This document shows, in pieces, positions 51,011 to 64,000 of a DNA stretch of 64,000 bases. The stretch lies in contig OZ241834.1 in assembly GCA_965202585.1 (NCBI GenBank), positions 9,982,001 to 10,046,000 on the forward strand, read 5' to 3'. The position numbers and the translations under genes are program-made. The stretch comes from Thalia democratica (taxonomy: Eukaryota). Below the pieces are notes generated by a model. That model made no database searches and had not been told where the DNA came from. It saw only the letters and a list, made by a program, of their open reading frames with translations. Numbering within the stretch: the stretch's first letter is position 1; each line of letters begins with the position of its first letter.

Positions 51011-52142
51011 TAAAGCTTTCAATAGGAGAATTTATGAAACTTTCTATTGAACTGATAAAAATAATTGTTAATACTCTAAATTTGTAGGAATTTCAAGCTT
51101 AAATTAAAAATCTTGTTTTGTGTCTATAAGTTTTTTAAGGAAAACTTAATTTTACTTTTTAGTACTTTGCAGTTTTTATAGTATTAAATTTACTGTTTAA
51201 TTTCAAACCAAAAATTTTAAAGTTTGTTATTTAATAATCATATACATTTTAAACTAAATAAGTAACACGATAAGATAGTAAAGATAATAATTAATCAACT
51301 CATTTGAAATAAAAACTACCTCAAACTAAATTTTTGTTTTACTAAATAACTCTAGGTTAAAAGCAAAAGTAAATAAATTATTTAAACACAGTGTGTTAAA
51401 ACTTTTTGGTTATAAATTACTACTAATGTGTAGCAAGCAAAATTTAGCTTTTTGAAATATTTCTATACTCAAATAATTAAATTATTCAACTCTTTCAAGT
51501 TTTTTATACTGAAAAAAAATTAAGAGTGTAAATAAATTAGTTTTTAATTTACTATCCTAAGCTGATGTTAAAACCTTATTGTATTGAAAAAAATCAAAAT
51601 GCAGTTGTAAGGATGTTAGTTAGAAACTTTTCAGAATTTCGATACTTCAAATCTTGCCAGTTTTGTTGTAATTACATCATAAAATATACTAAGCATACAA
51701 TATATATTAGGTTCTCTAACGTGGACTTATGTATGTTTTTAGTCATGAACAGTCTGCAAAGGACTCAATAAAAAAAACACTAACTACATGTAAGTGCTAT
51801 TTAGAAAACAGCGATCTCTACCTTGTGCTTAAACTTATCTTTTTACAACTCTGAGTATGTCAATTTTAAACAGTAGTATGTTAAAAAGTGAGCAATTTTT
51901 AAATTGACAGGCATATATAATAAAAAACAAGTTATTGTAACACAAATAAACAGATCTTAACACATTTTTTATAAAACTTAAAATAGAAAAGCAGTATTTT
52001 TAAATAACAATTTATACTAAGTTTGTTCTAAGTAACGGATAGCGACCTATTAATAATATTCTAACTCGGAATAAAGTTTTATCTTTCCAAGCGTACGTAA
52101 TGAAAAATAAGTTAAGTAATGATGAACTCTTTAAAAACCTTT

Positions 52143-52305
52143 AAATCTGAAGTGTGTTGATTCGTTAACATACAGAAACATTTGTTGGTACAATAAAGGA
52201 AGATTACTGCACAACTTGTTTTTATTTATAATCCAGTGAAGTTATTTCACTAGGATCTTTTGTTAGCAAACGATTAAACCTATATTTTTGAACAGTTAGA
52301 AATCT
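52143..52305. repeat. Third (inverted, truncated) member of the 3230-3451 family
   Basis: Reverse complement matches 3230-3385 (aactgttcaaaa...gatcctagtgaaataacttcactgga...aacgaatcaacacacttca). Confidence 0.7.
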
Positions 52306-52853
52306 TTTATCTAAATATTATCAGAACGGTAATAAAATGGACTGACTAAAAAAATATTGGTCGTTCAACTGATTATTAAGAAAAACTAGTTAACTAATTA
52401 CTTCATAATGTAATAACTTCTCACTTATTTGCTTTTTTTTTTAAGATTTTCATTATGCAGATTAAAATAGACACCATATCTATATAAGACAAGGTATTAA
52501 CTTTTTATATAGTTTAGTATTTTTTTACTAATATAGTGAGTTTTTTATGGTTTTCCACATTAAACTTGTATAAACTAATAAAAGTATTTTATTATGCAAA
52601 AAAATGGATTTTTAAAAAAATGCAGCAAAAACATAGTGCCAAATACAAGTTGTAATTTCACATTTATAATCCTTACAGTGATTTATATATAATTACTTTA
52701 CTGCAAAAACTAATTAACAAATTTTAGATATTTTCAATGAAAAATGTTTGATAAAACAACTAAAATCAATTTTAAGTAGTTAAAAAATTTTACGAAATAA
52801 AAACCTTAGTTTAAAAACTTATTTAGTTTAGTAAAATATATAAAGAGGACGGA

Positions 52854-55800
52854 TTATTTGATTATAAGGAAGCAAGTTTGAATAATTTCATTGTCGATTT
52901 TAGGTGACTTTTGTTGAACCTGTTCTATTTTCAAGCCATTTTCTATCATGGTGCACAAATCTTTGTAATTCTCTTCACCAATCGTCTCTGTATAAAAACA
53001 CCTTTTGTTTAATTATATCCTTTTTTATTAAGGTATATTAATAGGAGAAACTAATAGTTATCAATCTGTAAGTGTTTATATTATGTATTTTATAAATTTA
53101 AAAAAATATTAAATAAAAAATATTAAAAAAAAAAAGTAAAGTAGTATAGAAATATTTCACCAATGCAGTTTTTCTTAATAACTTCAATAGAAGATGCTGT
53201 CTTGGAAGGGCTATTAACTGCTTCATCATCAACTGTTTATAAAAATTTTAATTAGTATTAATATTTCGTTCAAAGAATACTAAAAGATGAACTTGCATTG
53301 AGAAGTTTTTCATGTTTTTAAAATTAAACTTTCTGTTTAAATTGTATACCACAGCTTTTTTAGTCGACTAATTTTTAATATGATAGTTTTAACTTCAATC
53401 TTTTTATCCAAGCGAATAACTTGTTTACTTGCAGCTAGTTATACAAATAAATTTTTGTATTGAAAGTATATTAAGATGTGCGGGCTGTAAAAAAAATCTT
53501 TGCAAAATATAAAGAAAAAAAAAGCAAAGTCCTCTACAAAACAAGAACTATTTTTATATAAGTTAATAAGCAAATCATTTCAATTTTTTTTTTCTTAACC
53601 ATATACAAACTTATATAATTTTATTATTTGGCAGATTTGCAAGGGTAGCAAACTGACACCAAAAACTGATCAATTCAACCATTTAAAAAGTGACACCCGT
53701 GCAACCCCATAAAATATACAAAAGTACAAACTGTCCTCCTCAAAATCGTCTTCGTCGTAAATGTACTCGTTGTCACCGTCTCCATGGAAACTGTCACGCA
53801 ACAACGAGCTGCTGCCATGACAACCACCTGGGTTTTGTTGATGGTCGCCGGACGCCTTGTCTGGACTTTCATCTGAAAAGAGAAACATTTATAAATAATG
53901 TAGATTTGTAAAACCACCTTAGTAAAGGTTGAAAAGTTAAACAGTTTTTTTTTTTTATTAATACAATTAGTCATACTTTTTTTCCATATTGGTTGTACTG
54001 TTTTCATTAAACATAAACGGTTTGCAACAAGAAAATAATTTACAAATCTTCACAAAACTAAACTTTTGGCTTCACTTATACCACTCTTATACTCAACTTT
54101 TTCATAGAACTAATAAAAATTTAAGGCGCGGGTGGCATTTGTGAAAATTTTAAAAACAGTTAATAAACTTTCAGTAATTTAACTAACTTTTTCTTCTTTT
54201 CACTCCCCCGTACAGCCAAGCGCTGCCTGGCAAATCTCTCATTACTTTTTCGGTGTTTGTGATTGGCTCATTTCTGTCACGTGTCACAATTCGCCTCGTC
54301 ACTTTTCTCACCACTGGAGCTTTTTTAATATGACTTTCTAAAAACAAGTTGTTTAATTTGAAGTTTTTTTTTAGCCAAGTTAATAAGTACAATTCAAGAC
54401 ATTTCAACTTAAAAAAATGTTTCAGTAGATGTGGAGTTTAGAAAAATATTTCAAATTAAATACAAAAAATATTGAAGCATGAAAAAAACAAAATCATTAC
54501 TTATGTTACTAACAACGTTCTTTAAAATGTAATTAAAGATCACAACAAAACCTAGCTCTTTTAAAATGAGACTAGGTCAGAATTTTTTTATAAGGGGGAA
54601 ATGTCACCCTTCCATTCAGACAACTATTGGTATTTTTATATTTATTTTAAACTAACTGATATCATCATTAGTGACATTTTGGAAATGTTTTGCTTGCTTA
54701 GCAGAAGGAGTAATGACTAGCGACTGGGCCGCACTTATTCCATTGACTTTCTGTCTTTGGACTCCGGTCACCAACTTTTTTGATCCTGAAACCGAGCTTT
54801 TCTGACGCAGTGCCTGATTTTTTTTTTTGAAAAATTCAGTTGATATAAAAAAATAATAAAGTTAGGTTTGATAGCTTTAAAAATTTTTAAAAATCATACA
54901 ACCTTACTATTTATTATGTCGAAAATAAACAGGCTGTTTACACAGACTAATTTTTAAAACATTAATTTAAAAAATCTAAAAAAATAAACAATAGAAGAAC
55001 ACGAATCGTTTAAGATTTCAAAGAAAAACTTTGAAACAAATACTTATTTTTACAGTGTTTAGAAACGAGCAGTTATTAAAAAAACAAAACCCATCTTCAA
55101 CATACTTTAAAGACAGTTAAAAACCACAAGGCTTTTGTTTATAAAAACATGAGAAAAAAGAGAACAGAAAATTGAAAGCTACAAAGTAGCGATTGACAAT
55201 GCAAATATTTATATCCACTCGTTTCAAATGGAACTTATTATTTGCTCTTGAAGCACTTGAAAGCATTTATCCGCTACATTCACTTTCAATCGGACAGATA
55301 TTCAAGTATAAATACACAAAGTTTGATTTCTATCTAGGTTTGATAAACATTTAAACAAAACTGATTGAAAAAGTTCTATTAAATGTATTTAATACTTGTG
55401 CTCTTTTAGAGTGTAGCCACACACTTCCGGGTAGTTTGCTGCAGCTGACAGCTACGTTACTTTTGTTTTCTTCGAACTGTTCTATCACTTCTGGTATCTC
55501 ATCTTCTAAACCTGGGAAAATAGAAAGTGTAATTGAAACAATCGACTTAAAAAAGTGCATATTTTAATGGAATTTAAATTACTTTTTTCGATTTTTCTTT
55601 TACTTGTTATGGAATAGTTTATAATACTAAGGCAAAATAAACACAATAGTTTAAGCTGAAAATAATTAAGTAAAAATGTATAAACATATAGCAATCTAAC
55701 TTGGAAAATCTTATTTTCGATTAATACTTTTCACAGAATTTTTTTAATTAATGAAGATATTTGAACAAAGTTTTATTCAGAAAGAATTTTTTAAGTAGTT

Positions 55801-58800
55801 TTGAAACATATTTAAAATGTATAATCATTAAAATTGTATTTGTTGTATAAAACTTTTTATAATAACAATTTTTTAAATACTACTTAGACTTAAAAGTAAA
55901 CAAAGTATAAATACCTTATGAACCCTTGTGTTCATAACAAAATTTATATGCTGACAAAAGCATAACAGTTTACTTAGTGTATAACATGGTGAAATTTCCT
56001 TTTACTAAAAACAAATAACATAATACTTATTTGAAAATTTACCTTTAGACGAGTTAAGAGTGTTGGATAAGCTTGCAGTGTTTTCAGTGAACGATTCAGA
56101 CTCGCTTGTTGATTCAACATCGTTTAAATCAGTGTTATTGCTGTTATAAAACAAAAAGTTTTTTTTTTTATATGAATTGATCGAATCTGGTTAAGTTTTC
56201 TTTAGAATAGTGTTTAACACTATAACTTAAAGTATTTAACAAAAAAAAATTGGTAAACAAAAAATTTAAATACGGTATTAAGTTACTAAAACATACGTAC
56301 TTTATAACAATAATCATTTTGAAATAAATCAATTTCTGAAAAACATCAATGAGTATTTATTTCACTTAAAAAACTACTTAATCGAGCTACTGAAATGTTC
56401 TTTGCATTTAATTTTAGTAATTTGGATAAACCTTAAATTAAACTATAAATATGTTAAAAAAAACTTTCGACAAAAACTTTTTATTTAAAGCTTTGCATTA
56501 AAAAACTTTGAATGATTTTTTTTTATTCACGCTTCTGCTTTTACTACCATTTTCACACAGTACGAGAAAAATAAAACTTTCAAAACAAGATTACAGTAAC
56601 AAAACATAATTTAAATAGGATTTAAGGGAATAAAGCTACAGTATAAAGGGTTTAGTACACATAAGTTGACCTAAATAAGTCATAAGAGTTGTAAACAAAT
56701 TTTATAGTAAATAGCTGAAATGGTAGACCAATATGTTTATTTTAATTTTTAACTTTAGATTTATATTTAAATTATAAAACTAATAAAAGTTAAAGACCCC
56801 AACTAAAATCATTACCTTTTAAACTTGTGGTAACTAGAAACTATTTATGATAATTATAGACAACTACAACCAGGTGTTTTTGCTGTAGATAAACTTAATT
56901 TTTTATATAAAAGTATAATTTGTTTTTTCATATTGCTTTTTAAAGATAATATTTATTTTAACATAAAAAATAAACAATTTGATGCTTTAACTTTTAGTCC
57001 ACCGGGGCAAAAAGAAACTTAGTTAATTAACAAGAAAACAAAATCAATACTGATTGATAAAATAAAAATTACAAAACACTAACATTGAGCTGCAACAAGA
57101 ACTCATGTCAGATTCAACATCATCGTAGTTGGGAGCCAAGATGGTTTCTGAGGTGGCAAAAAGATCTCCTTGATCCGTTCTCGTCCTCAGCATGTCATCT
57201 AGCTTCGACCAGTCGTCTTCGCAAAAGCCTTGTGACGTCACACTTGTTGTGATTTCTTCAGAATTCTCATTCTGCCCGATGTGAACAAGGTAGGGAGAGA
57301 GGCAATCAGATTTCAGCAGCTGTGAAGCGGACGGCCTCAGAGCGGAATCCGCCACTAAAATGGAGGAGATGAAGTTTTTCAGGGGGCAGTTTTGGTGCAC
57401 GGGCTCAAACTTGCAGTTGACGATTTTGTGGAAGAGGCTGATGAGGTTGGCGGCGTCGAAGGCAGGCTTCAGCATGACCACTTCGTACACCAAACAGCCC
57501 AGGGCCCACACGTCCGACTTGAAACTGTACGGGACGTCTTGGCACAGTTCGGGGCTGAGGTAGCACGGGGTTCCTACGCAGGTGGACGCCTTGTCCAACG
57601 TGTGGTTGAGGTCTTTGGAGATTCCGAAGTCTCCCAGCTTGATTGTGTCATCTCTGTGGTGATAAAAGTTGATATATTCTTTTTAATATACAAAAATTAA
57701 ACCTTAAAGAGTAATTAAAAAACAGTATGAGTATATGAGACACAAAACCATCAACTAAAACAAACTTAAGTAGGAAGACATTTTCAGATTTGAGATCTCT
57801 GTGCAGGATGCGTTGTTGATGGATGTAAGCAACAGCAGATGTGATCTGTGCCGTCCACTTACCTACTAGCTGGTTGCTGAAATGCTCTCGTTTCTTCGTA
57901 TTGGAAACAATCCTTTCTTGCAAGGATCCTCCGTTGCAGAATTCAAGAATCATTGAAATCATCAGGTCCTATAGGTAAACATTGGATTAACGAATACTTC
58001 TCGAATAACTATAATTAACAAAGATTTTTTTTACAGCATTTATCACTGTGAGGATTTTGTTGACGTTTATTTAATGAACTTTAACGCCTTTAAAATTATT
58101 TAGTATCAAAATACTCATAGTTTAAAATTTAAAAATTGTATGACAGTTGTTGTAAGATATTTTAGAAATAATATCTAAAAACTTTTAATCAATTTTTCTT
58201 ATTTCTTTAATTTAATGGCTTTGGAGACTAATGTTCTAATGATTACAAAAAACAAGAAACGTTTAAATACCAAATAACTTGAAAAAACCTTTAAATGTTG
58301 AGATGGTAAACAAATATTGATTTTTATAAACACTATAAATTGATTTTTAAAATTATATAACTAAAATCTTTTGTGAAAATTGTACATAACATACTAAAGT
58401 TTGTTGTGTGTGAAGAATAACTCCTTGTCAATTTAGTTTAATAATTTATTAACAATGTAAAATCTGAAATGTAAACAAGTATAAACATAAAAACTAAAAT
58501 GAGCTATAGTCTAATTTTTCTACATCCCCTCCAGCTCATTTAAGATGATAACAAGTTTAAGGCAATGACATAGCTCGTCAAGAGGGGATTTAAATAAGTA
58601 ACAAAAATATTTTACTAAGATGAAACTAAATTTTATGCATTAACAAAGCTCAATTAACTTAAACAAGGGATATATTTGAGGAAAAAAAATAAATAAAAAC
58701 TGCAATAAAACGCACTAAATAAATCCAAAACAATTCAAATCCATGCAATTCCACGCTGAATCCTTCCTGGCTCAGCAATTATCACTATCAGCAGCAATTG

Positions 58801-61800
58801 AAAATTTAGCACCAACTGTTGTATAAACAGGAACAAACAGACTTCACTTACGGTGATTTCTACTTTGGAGTACTCCACTCTCAAGCTTCCCTGGCGCATT
58901 GAAGTCTTTCAACCTACGCAAAGCAAGCGGCACCTTATTTTTTTTGGGAACCATAGGAGCAGGAATGTACTCTTCCTCAACCTCTTCATGATCCGCTTCA
59001 ACCTCACTGGTTTTACCAGTATTGGCACCGTTGGAGTCCTCTGTAATCTTTACAGAAGAATTAGGACGTTGATGATCAACATTGCACTCATGTGAGCTTG
59101 GTAGATTACTGCTCCAACCTCGGGAAGTTTTTGCTTCAATGCTTGTTGAGGCTGGGTTGTACATCCTTAAAAACTTTCTGTTCCTCCGAGTAAGTCTCCG
59201 TGAACCATCAACTCTGACTACATACTGATTATGTGGAAGCACCTCCATTACCACTCCGCTTCTGTCCCATTTACGTGGATGAGTGCCACTCTGGTTCTGT
59301 AGTAGACACCTACTGCCAACATAGAGAGGTCGCAAATCCCTGGCTCTCTGGTTAAGTACTTCGGAATTATTAACAAATCTTGTCTGGAGCGCCTCTTCTT
59401 TAAGCTTCCATGCTTTTCTCCACATGGGTCGCACATTAGGATTGGAGAATTTGTCAAGTTTGTTCAAGAATGAGAAACTATCTCGCAGCTGACGTCCATA
59501 TATGATCTCGGCTGGAGACACTTGACAATCGCTATCAGGAGTATTTCTCAAATGAAGCATCGCACTTAAAAACTTGTCATTGTCCAGACTTCCTGAAGCA
59601 CCAACATTTGATCTTAGCAACCTTTTTGCCTGTTTGACGGCTACTTCCGCTCTACCGTTTGATCTTAGATAGTAAGCTGAAGATATTCGATGCGTGACAT
59701 CCCAGGTTTTAAGGAATTCCTTTGTTGCACTGGACGTAAATTCCGGTCCACCATCACTCGATATTTCCTCGGGTACTCCAAACCTGGAAAACAAAACTCG
59801 AAGGCACTTGATCAACCCACGCGAACCTGCCTGAGAGGTTCCGCTAGGTGTGGAAAATATTTCTGACCAACCTGACAACCTGTCACTGACTACCAAAAAA
59901 TTGTCTCCGGCAAACTGGAAAAAATCTGCGAATATTTTTACAAAAGGGTTTGTAGGAGGATCAGATGCTTCTTGTGGCAATGATGGTTGAGAAGGTGAAT
60001 TGCGGTTGCAGCTTTGACAATTGGCCCGAATTGCTTCAATGTCTTGTGTAATACCTGGCCAGAAGACAATCTGTTGGGCACGATTATGCATTGATGTGAC
60101 TCCTTGGTGCGCCGAGTGTAACTTGTTGAGGACCCAATATCATAAACTGACGGGGATTACTACTCTGTCCTTGTAAAGTATAACCCCATCACTTAAGTAC
60201 AATGCATCATCGTATCTAAAATACGCTGACAAAGATTCATCATGTTTCAAGCTTAATACACCTGGATACTCTTGAAAGAAATTTGTCATTTAGTGTCTCT
60301 TCTACAATTTCCTCCCAAGTGATTGCCATTAAATGGCATACTTCATTACTCAATGAAGCAAATAGAAGTGATTCGTCAGTCAAATCACTATCATGTAAAT
60401 TCACTTCATTAATCGAGCTTGGATAACGCGATGCAGCATCTGCCGCTAGATTAGTTTTACCTGGCATGTAATGCACTTGAAAAAGTCATGGCAATGTACG
60501 TTGTTTGAGCCTAAAAATGCGCGTGTTGTGAATTTCGTTTAAGGTGCTATCACCAAAAATCTTTACCAGTAGTTTATGATCCGTAACAACCACAAGATAT
60601 TTGCAGCCCTTAGTGAAATACTTTGTCTGTTCTAATGACCAAGCAATAGCAAGCAATTCCCCTTCTATGGCAGCATAATTCTTATCTGCCCCATTCAGAA
60701 ACCTTGAACCTGCAAGCGTCACTTTCCAGCCGGTGGTGCAGCAATCTGGTAACCGGCTATTGCATTTGCAGTGTTTCTGCATAAGGAAGTAGCCCAATCC
60801 TTGCTTTGACCAGTCTGGTCTAAGACAAGTCAGTTTCCCAAGATCAAAAATTTGAACTCCTCTCTTTATTGTGTCAATGATTATCTCTTTTGATTCATTA
60901 AATGATTGGTTTAATTTTTCTGTCCACATAAACTTACATTTTGGACTAAGAAAATCTCTAAACGGTGCCATAACTTTACAAAGTTTAATTTGCGACTTGA
61001 TATATCAGACCAAACCAGCTACGTAAATCTGTGGCAGACTTTGGGGTTGGGAAATTGCGAATGGAATCCAGATATTTGGACAAAGGTTCTATACATTAAT
61101 CAGAAATTCTAAATCCAGGAAAATCAACGGACTTTTGACAAAACTGGAACTTTTTGGGATTTAGAATGATGCCTGCATTGCCAACTTTTGACAGAAAATC
61201 TATTGTTCGCCACCAGTGACACTCTAAATCTGAATCAAAAAATATAGTGTCATCAACACATCTCTCCTTTCTTTCAAAATCAGACAAAATAGCTGCAAAT
61301 CGTCAATTGTAACCATCACCAGATGATACAAAGCCTTGAGGTGCTCTAGTATATCGGAACCTGCCAAACGGAGTGATAAATGTAGTGAGGTGTTTATCAC
61401 TTTCTCTCAGTAGAACTCCATAATACCCGTTCCATGCATCTGTTACAGTCTTGAACGTTCCATTTGGAATTCTGCGCGCTAGTTTAAACGGAGTATCTGT
61501 AGCGCACGTCTCCCTCTTGCAATACTTGTTAAGTGGTGAGAGATCTACTGTCCTCCTAGGTGACCCATCCTCTTTCCTGGTGACCACCATGCGGTGACAC
61601 CAGCTTACAGGTTCACCAAATGGGACACGTTCCAAGACACCCAACCTCACATCTCGAATGAGATCTGCTTCAACCTGTTTCTGCCAATGAATTGGCACGT
61701 GAGCTGGTGTATGACAAGCACGTGGTTTAGCATCATTCTCCAAATGTATCTCAAGTTGAGGCCACTCATTTGCTGGAGTAATTTATGTCGACATACATTA

Positions 61801-63775
61801 AACGTTGAAGCTGTATACCTATGTAAGAGCCAATCACGCATTTTGCTCACGTTTGTATTTGTTGCCTCAAACGGAAGTTTGTTTGGTTGGTCTGGCACTC
61901 TACTCCTTGGCGGGTAATCACAGGTCACATCTTTATGCAAGTCCAGTCATTCGGATCATTTTCATTTGAACTTACAGCAACTTCAGAATGCTGATGAGGC
62001 AGTTGAGATCCAATGGTGGGAAAATCCTTATTAATAATCAGGAGGTCAACCATGGTTTCATACGAGAGAAAGAATCCAGTCACTGAATCGCTTACATAAA
62101 CAATTCCATCACATCTGATAACCTCCTTCTTTGGAGACATTCCGCTAAAAGTCGCTTTGAAAGCCCCTAGAATGTTAATAGGAATTTTATTGGCAGCCCA
62201 AGTTGTGACGGTAACAGGCATTAAATCCTTCTTACAAAAACCAGCCTCCTGAAAGTTTTTCCAGCCCCAAAGGTTCGACTGTGCTCCAGTATCAGTTAAA
62301 GCACTTACCAATGCAAACTTGTTTGTGTTTGTCTAGCAATCTTGACTGATGCACGAGGATGATCAGTTGTTGCCTTGGCTTTACACAAGGACTTCTTGCT
62401 GAATATTGTGTTATTCAACATGATTCTTTTACTTGCGTGTAGTGACATTATTTGGGTATCTTGTTGCATAAAATCAGAACGATCAGCTTGGATTTGAAAA
62501 GCATTAATTTTTTTTGATCGACTACGCCAACAAGATAAACAATATCTGAAAGGCTCTTTATTTTGGTTACCTTTTTCGTTGAAAGGATAGAAAAGCTTTT
62601 TACAGTTCTGGCAAGGAACATGTTGGGACTTATCTCCTATGTTGACACGTTCCTTCTTCTGACGTTGAAAGGAAGAGACTGCAGATATAGTCCGCGAATT
62701 CTCAGTCGCATGGCGTCCCATTTCTTTACTTTCAATAAAGGAAATTATATCAAATGATGGCCTGGATAAGATATCTTCAGTACTGATAACTTCTCTTCTT
62801 ATGTCATCGTCCCCAACGCCAGCGAGCATCACGTCTTTTATTGCTTCTTCTGTGTAACTCGTCACATTGCTTTTCCTACAGTCACACTCACTGACTGTAG
62901 TAAAATTGCAGGTTTCTGCTTTGCTTCGTACACGTGTGGCAAACGTCCTAAATGGTTCATCATGGTCCTGATGTAGGTTTATAAGTTCTGCTCTCTTTAC
63001 ACCAATAGCAACTTTTGTGACTGCAACCGATTCCATCAGTTTAGCAACGTAACTTTCTGATTTGGCCATCAGTCGAGGATCACTTGCTAACATAAGATTG
63101 TCAAGCTTGTCCTGCGCACACTGAAAAAACTGTATGCTTGCATTTTGGTTGCTTATATTCGAACCAATCTTGAATGCCTCCAACCTCCAAATGAAAGCAA
63201 GCCATGTCTCTTGGCTGATCCCCCGGTCAACCCTTGGTCGAATCAATTGAGGTGCATTTGACATTACTCCATTATTGGATAACCCAGAATCTTGCTGATG
63301 CTCCACTTTGTGGAGGTTGAGAAGGCTACTCACTTCATCACTGGATAGATCTGGCGTCTTGAACTCGCATCCATGGATTAGGCACTTTACTACAACCATT
63401 TTACTTTCTCAGATTGTTGATAAGATTTTACATAAGAATAACTCCTTGTCAATTTAGTTTAATAATTTATTAACAATGTAAAATCTGAAATGAAAACAAG
63501 TATAAACATAAACACTAAAATGAGCTATAGTCTAATTATTCTACAGTGTGTAGTATTTCTTTCACAAAATAAAATTTAGAACTCGAAAAAGTACATTTTG
63601 CAACTTAAACTGATCTGTGGAAATAACTTACATTGTTGTCAAGAAACCACTCATAACACTTGACAATATGCACATGATCTAACAGGAGCATTATATTTGC
63701 TTCGCGAGTCACTGACTTCTTGCTTCTTGACTTTCTACTTTCATCTATTACTATTTTCTTAATTGCAACTGTTTT
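52854..63775 (-). CDS. NIMA-related (NEK-family) Ser/Thr kinase, 5'-partial (first exon(s) beyond window end)
   Basis: Phase-compatible exons 63632-63775 (KTVAIKKIVIDE...HVHIVKCYE), 57766-57968 (ILEFCNGGSL...HRDLKSENVFL), 57084-57653 (IKLGDFGISK...STCVGTPCYLSPELCQDVPYSFKSDVWALGC), 56043-56140, 55396-55511, 54657-54813, 54188-54337, 53732-53872 (YDEDDFEED), 53161-53232, 52854-52987 (stop TAA). Subfamily not assigned. Confidence 0.9.
58844..62311 (-). pseudogene. Frameshifted pol: protease (DTG, 61925-62311), RT (about 61096-61940, VDD), RNase H (60486-60971), integrase (58844-60091; SDGGPEF, SNGRAEVAVK)
   Basis: The domains are split across at least six ORF fragments in different frames, with stops. 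Confidence 0.9.
62305..63399 (-). CDS. Gag of the Gypsy element (N-terminal C-x4-C...H-x3-H motif, C-terminal CxxC...CxxC)
   Basis: 364-aa ORF MVVVKCLIHGCEF...LLNLHKVEH, F..FATRVRSKAETCNF. Confidence 0.8.
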   Translation of the reverse strand: MVVVKCLIHGCEFKTPDLSSDEVSSLLNLHKVEHQQDSGLSNNGVMSNAPQLIRPRVDRGISQETWLAFIWRLEAFKIGSNISNQNASIQFFQCAQDKLDNLMLASDPRLMAKSESYVAKLMESVAVTKVAIGVKRAELINLHQDHDEPFRTFATRVRSKAETCNFTTVSECDCRKSNVTSYTEEAIKDVMLAGVGDDDIRREVISTEDILSRPSFDIISFIESKEMGRHATENSRTISAVSSFQRQKKERVNIGDKSQHVPCQNCKKLFYPFNEKGNQNKEPFRYCLSCWRSRSKKINAFQIQADRSDFMQQDTQIMSLHASKRIMLNNTIFSKKSLCKAKATTDHPRASVKIARQTQTSLHW

Positions 63776-64000
63776 CTGTATAAAGATAATATCAGTTTAT
63801 GTTATCTCAGTAAAAATAACATATAATTGTGATCAATTAAACTTAACAAGTTGCTTTTTGTAAGAACTATATATTTTGAATTTCATATACATTAAGTTTA
63901 AAAAAATTATTAGTGGAAATACAAAAAGCAATTAGTTTTTGCATTTGCTTTTACTTAAGAATAAACTGTATTCTTTTAATTAAAAAAAGGTTTAAACACA

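Larger units (their letters stand above)
58411..63545 (-). mobile_element. Decayed Ty3/Gypsy LTR retrotransposon (5135 bp) inside a NEK intron, same orientation as the host
   Basis: 114-bp LTRs at 58411-58524 and 63432-63545 (TGTAG...; 3 internal mismatches); 5-bp TSD gtgtg at 58406-58410 and 63546-63550; polypurine tract GGAGGGGA before the 3' LTR; domain order gag-PR-RT-RH-IN. Confidence 0.95.

Noticed and set aside
31087-57700. Short ORFs 31096-31302, 31087-31278, 47977-48183, 48001-48192, 38702-38950, 42477-42665, 43102-43296, 57360-57563, 57392-57700
   Set aside because: Antisense or off-frame reads of the SULT, FABP and NEK exons.

Overview
AT-rich eukaryotic (animal) genomic DNA with short spliceosomal introns. 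A tunicate-like invertebrate chordate is my inference from gene content, not a determination. Left to right: (1) a 17-exon minus-strand orphan gene (861 aa, N-terminal coiled coil plus long S/K-rich low-complexity tail; 3489-13296) with an alternative internal first exon; (2) about 15 kb of upstream non-coding DNA with GC-richer islands and several MITEs (hAT, Tigger/pogo, foldback-like); (3) an approximately 17 kb inverted, head-to-head duplication of a two-gene cassette (fatty-acid-binding protein followed by a P-loop Sulfotransfer_4-type sulfotransferase) showing patchy gene conversion; (4) a minus-strand NIMA-related kinase gene whose intron holds a decayed 5.1-kb Ty3/Gypsy LTR retrotransposon. 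The most notable element is a 625-bp non-coding insertion (45856-46480, 13-bp TSD) in intron 1 of one sulfotransferase copy. It is a 271-bp-armed palindrome carrying a complete type I hammerhead ribozyme on each strand, built from a 334-nt monomer (Penelope-pLTR/retrozyme-like). A composite hAT transposon made of two MITE copies plus about 1.25 kb of captured promoter-like DNA sits in the same intron of the other copy. All gene models were built by hand from splice signals and phase compatibility; no database searches were possible.
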